Positions 34,301 to 34,579 of a DNA stretch of 34,579 nucleotides are shown here, piece after piece; the first letter of the stretch is position 1; the number at the start of each line of letters is the position of its first letter. A model generated the notes under the pieces. It had not been told where the DNA came from and made no database searches. It saw only the letters and a program-made list of their open reading frames with translations. The DNA lies in the IMG/VR virus record IMGVR_UViG_3300032225_000083, positions 1 to 34,579 of that record, one strand, 5' to 3'. Source of the DNA: a virus (taxonomy: Duplodnaviria; Caudoviricetes). The position numbers and the translations under genes are program-made.

Positions 34301-34352
34301 TAACGTAGATTAACAAATAATGTTTGACAGGTCAATTAAACTAGCTTAATGT
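34299..34352. promoter_or_regulatory. Divergent promoter pair with two operators
   Basis: Plus: TTGACA(34324)-17-TAATGT; minus: TTGACC(34335)-17-TAATCT. Confidence 0.8.
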
Positions 34353-34391
34353 GTTGCTTGCGGTGAATTTACCGCTTATCTAAGGATATAT

Positions 34392-34559
34392 ATGACTAAT
34401 CAACTTATGGATGAAATCGAGCAGCAACTTGATGCGGTACTCTGGAAAATAGAAAAACTTTTAGAACCTGACGAAATATCTCTTATTCGCTGGGCGTGCG
34501 GCAAATCATCTTATACAACTAAGGATCAAAATGTTAATTTCGACCACTCAACAATTTAA
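34392..34559 (+). CDS. 55-aa hypothetical early protein (not in ORF track)
   Basis: TAAGGA RBS; MTNQLMDEIEQQLDAVLWKIEK; overlaps start of the SSB-like gene across the junction. Confidence 0.7.
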   Translation: MTNQLMDEIEQQLDAVLWKIEKLLEPDEISLIRWACGKSSYTTKDQNVNFDHSTI

Positions 34560-34579
34560 TAGCACTAAAGAATTTAAAA
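34479..34579. repeat. Right copy of terminal direct repeat
   Basis: Matches 1-101 with 6 substitutions. Confidence 0.95.

Noticed and set aside
1-34579. Stop-codon reassignment or alternative genetic code
   Set aside because: Core genes are full length in the standard code, and TAA, TAG and TGA all terminate genes

Overview
Apparently complete (~34.48 kb, ends overlap by 101 bp) tailed dsDNA phage genome with a P22-like podovirus virion module on the minus strand: terminases, portal, scaffold, coat, adaptor, gp10-like hub, fibres and tailspike, three ejection proteins, and a lysis cassette. A single Cro-like regulator sits at a divergent promoter, and a short plus-strand early region encodes an SSB-like protein and a PD-(D/E)XK nuclease. 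No integrase, CI repressor, DNA polymerase, helicase or primase is recognisable. The host is probably a Gram-negative aquatic bacterium (inference). Highlights: (1) a ~370-nt promoter-driven, highly structured non-coding RNA (kissing loops plus pseudoknot) where a replication initiator/origin normally lies, upstream of a replication protein reduced to its C-terminal domain; (2) a ~92-nt pseudoknotted RNA inside the lysis cassette; (3) tandem Mom-like and GNAT genes joined by a chimeric scar mini-ORF; (4) a shared ATTAA-N6-TTAAT operator at four promoters; (5) two genes that appear to start at ATT in an identical context; (6) a 45% acidic DNA-mimic candidate. Family names come from motif recognition and RNA structures from manual pairing; no searches or folding programs were run.
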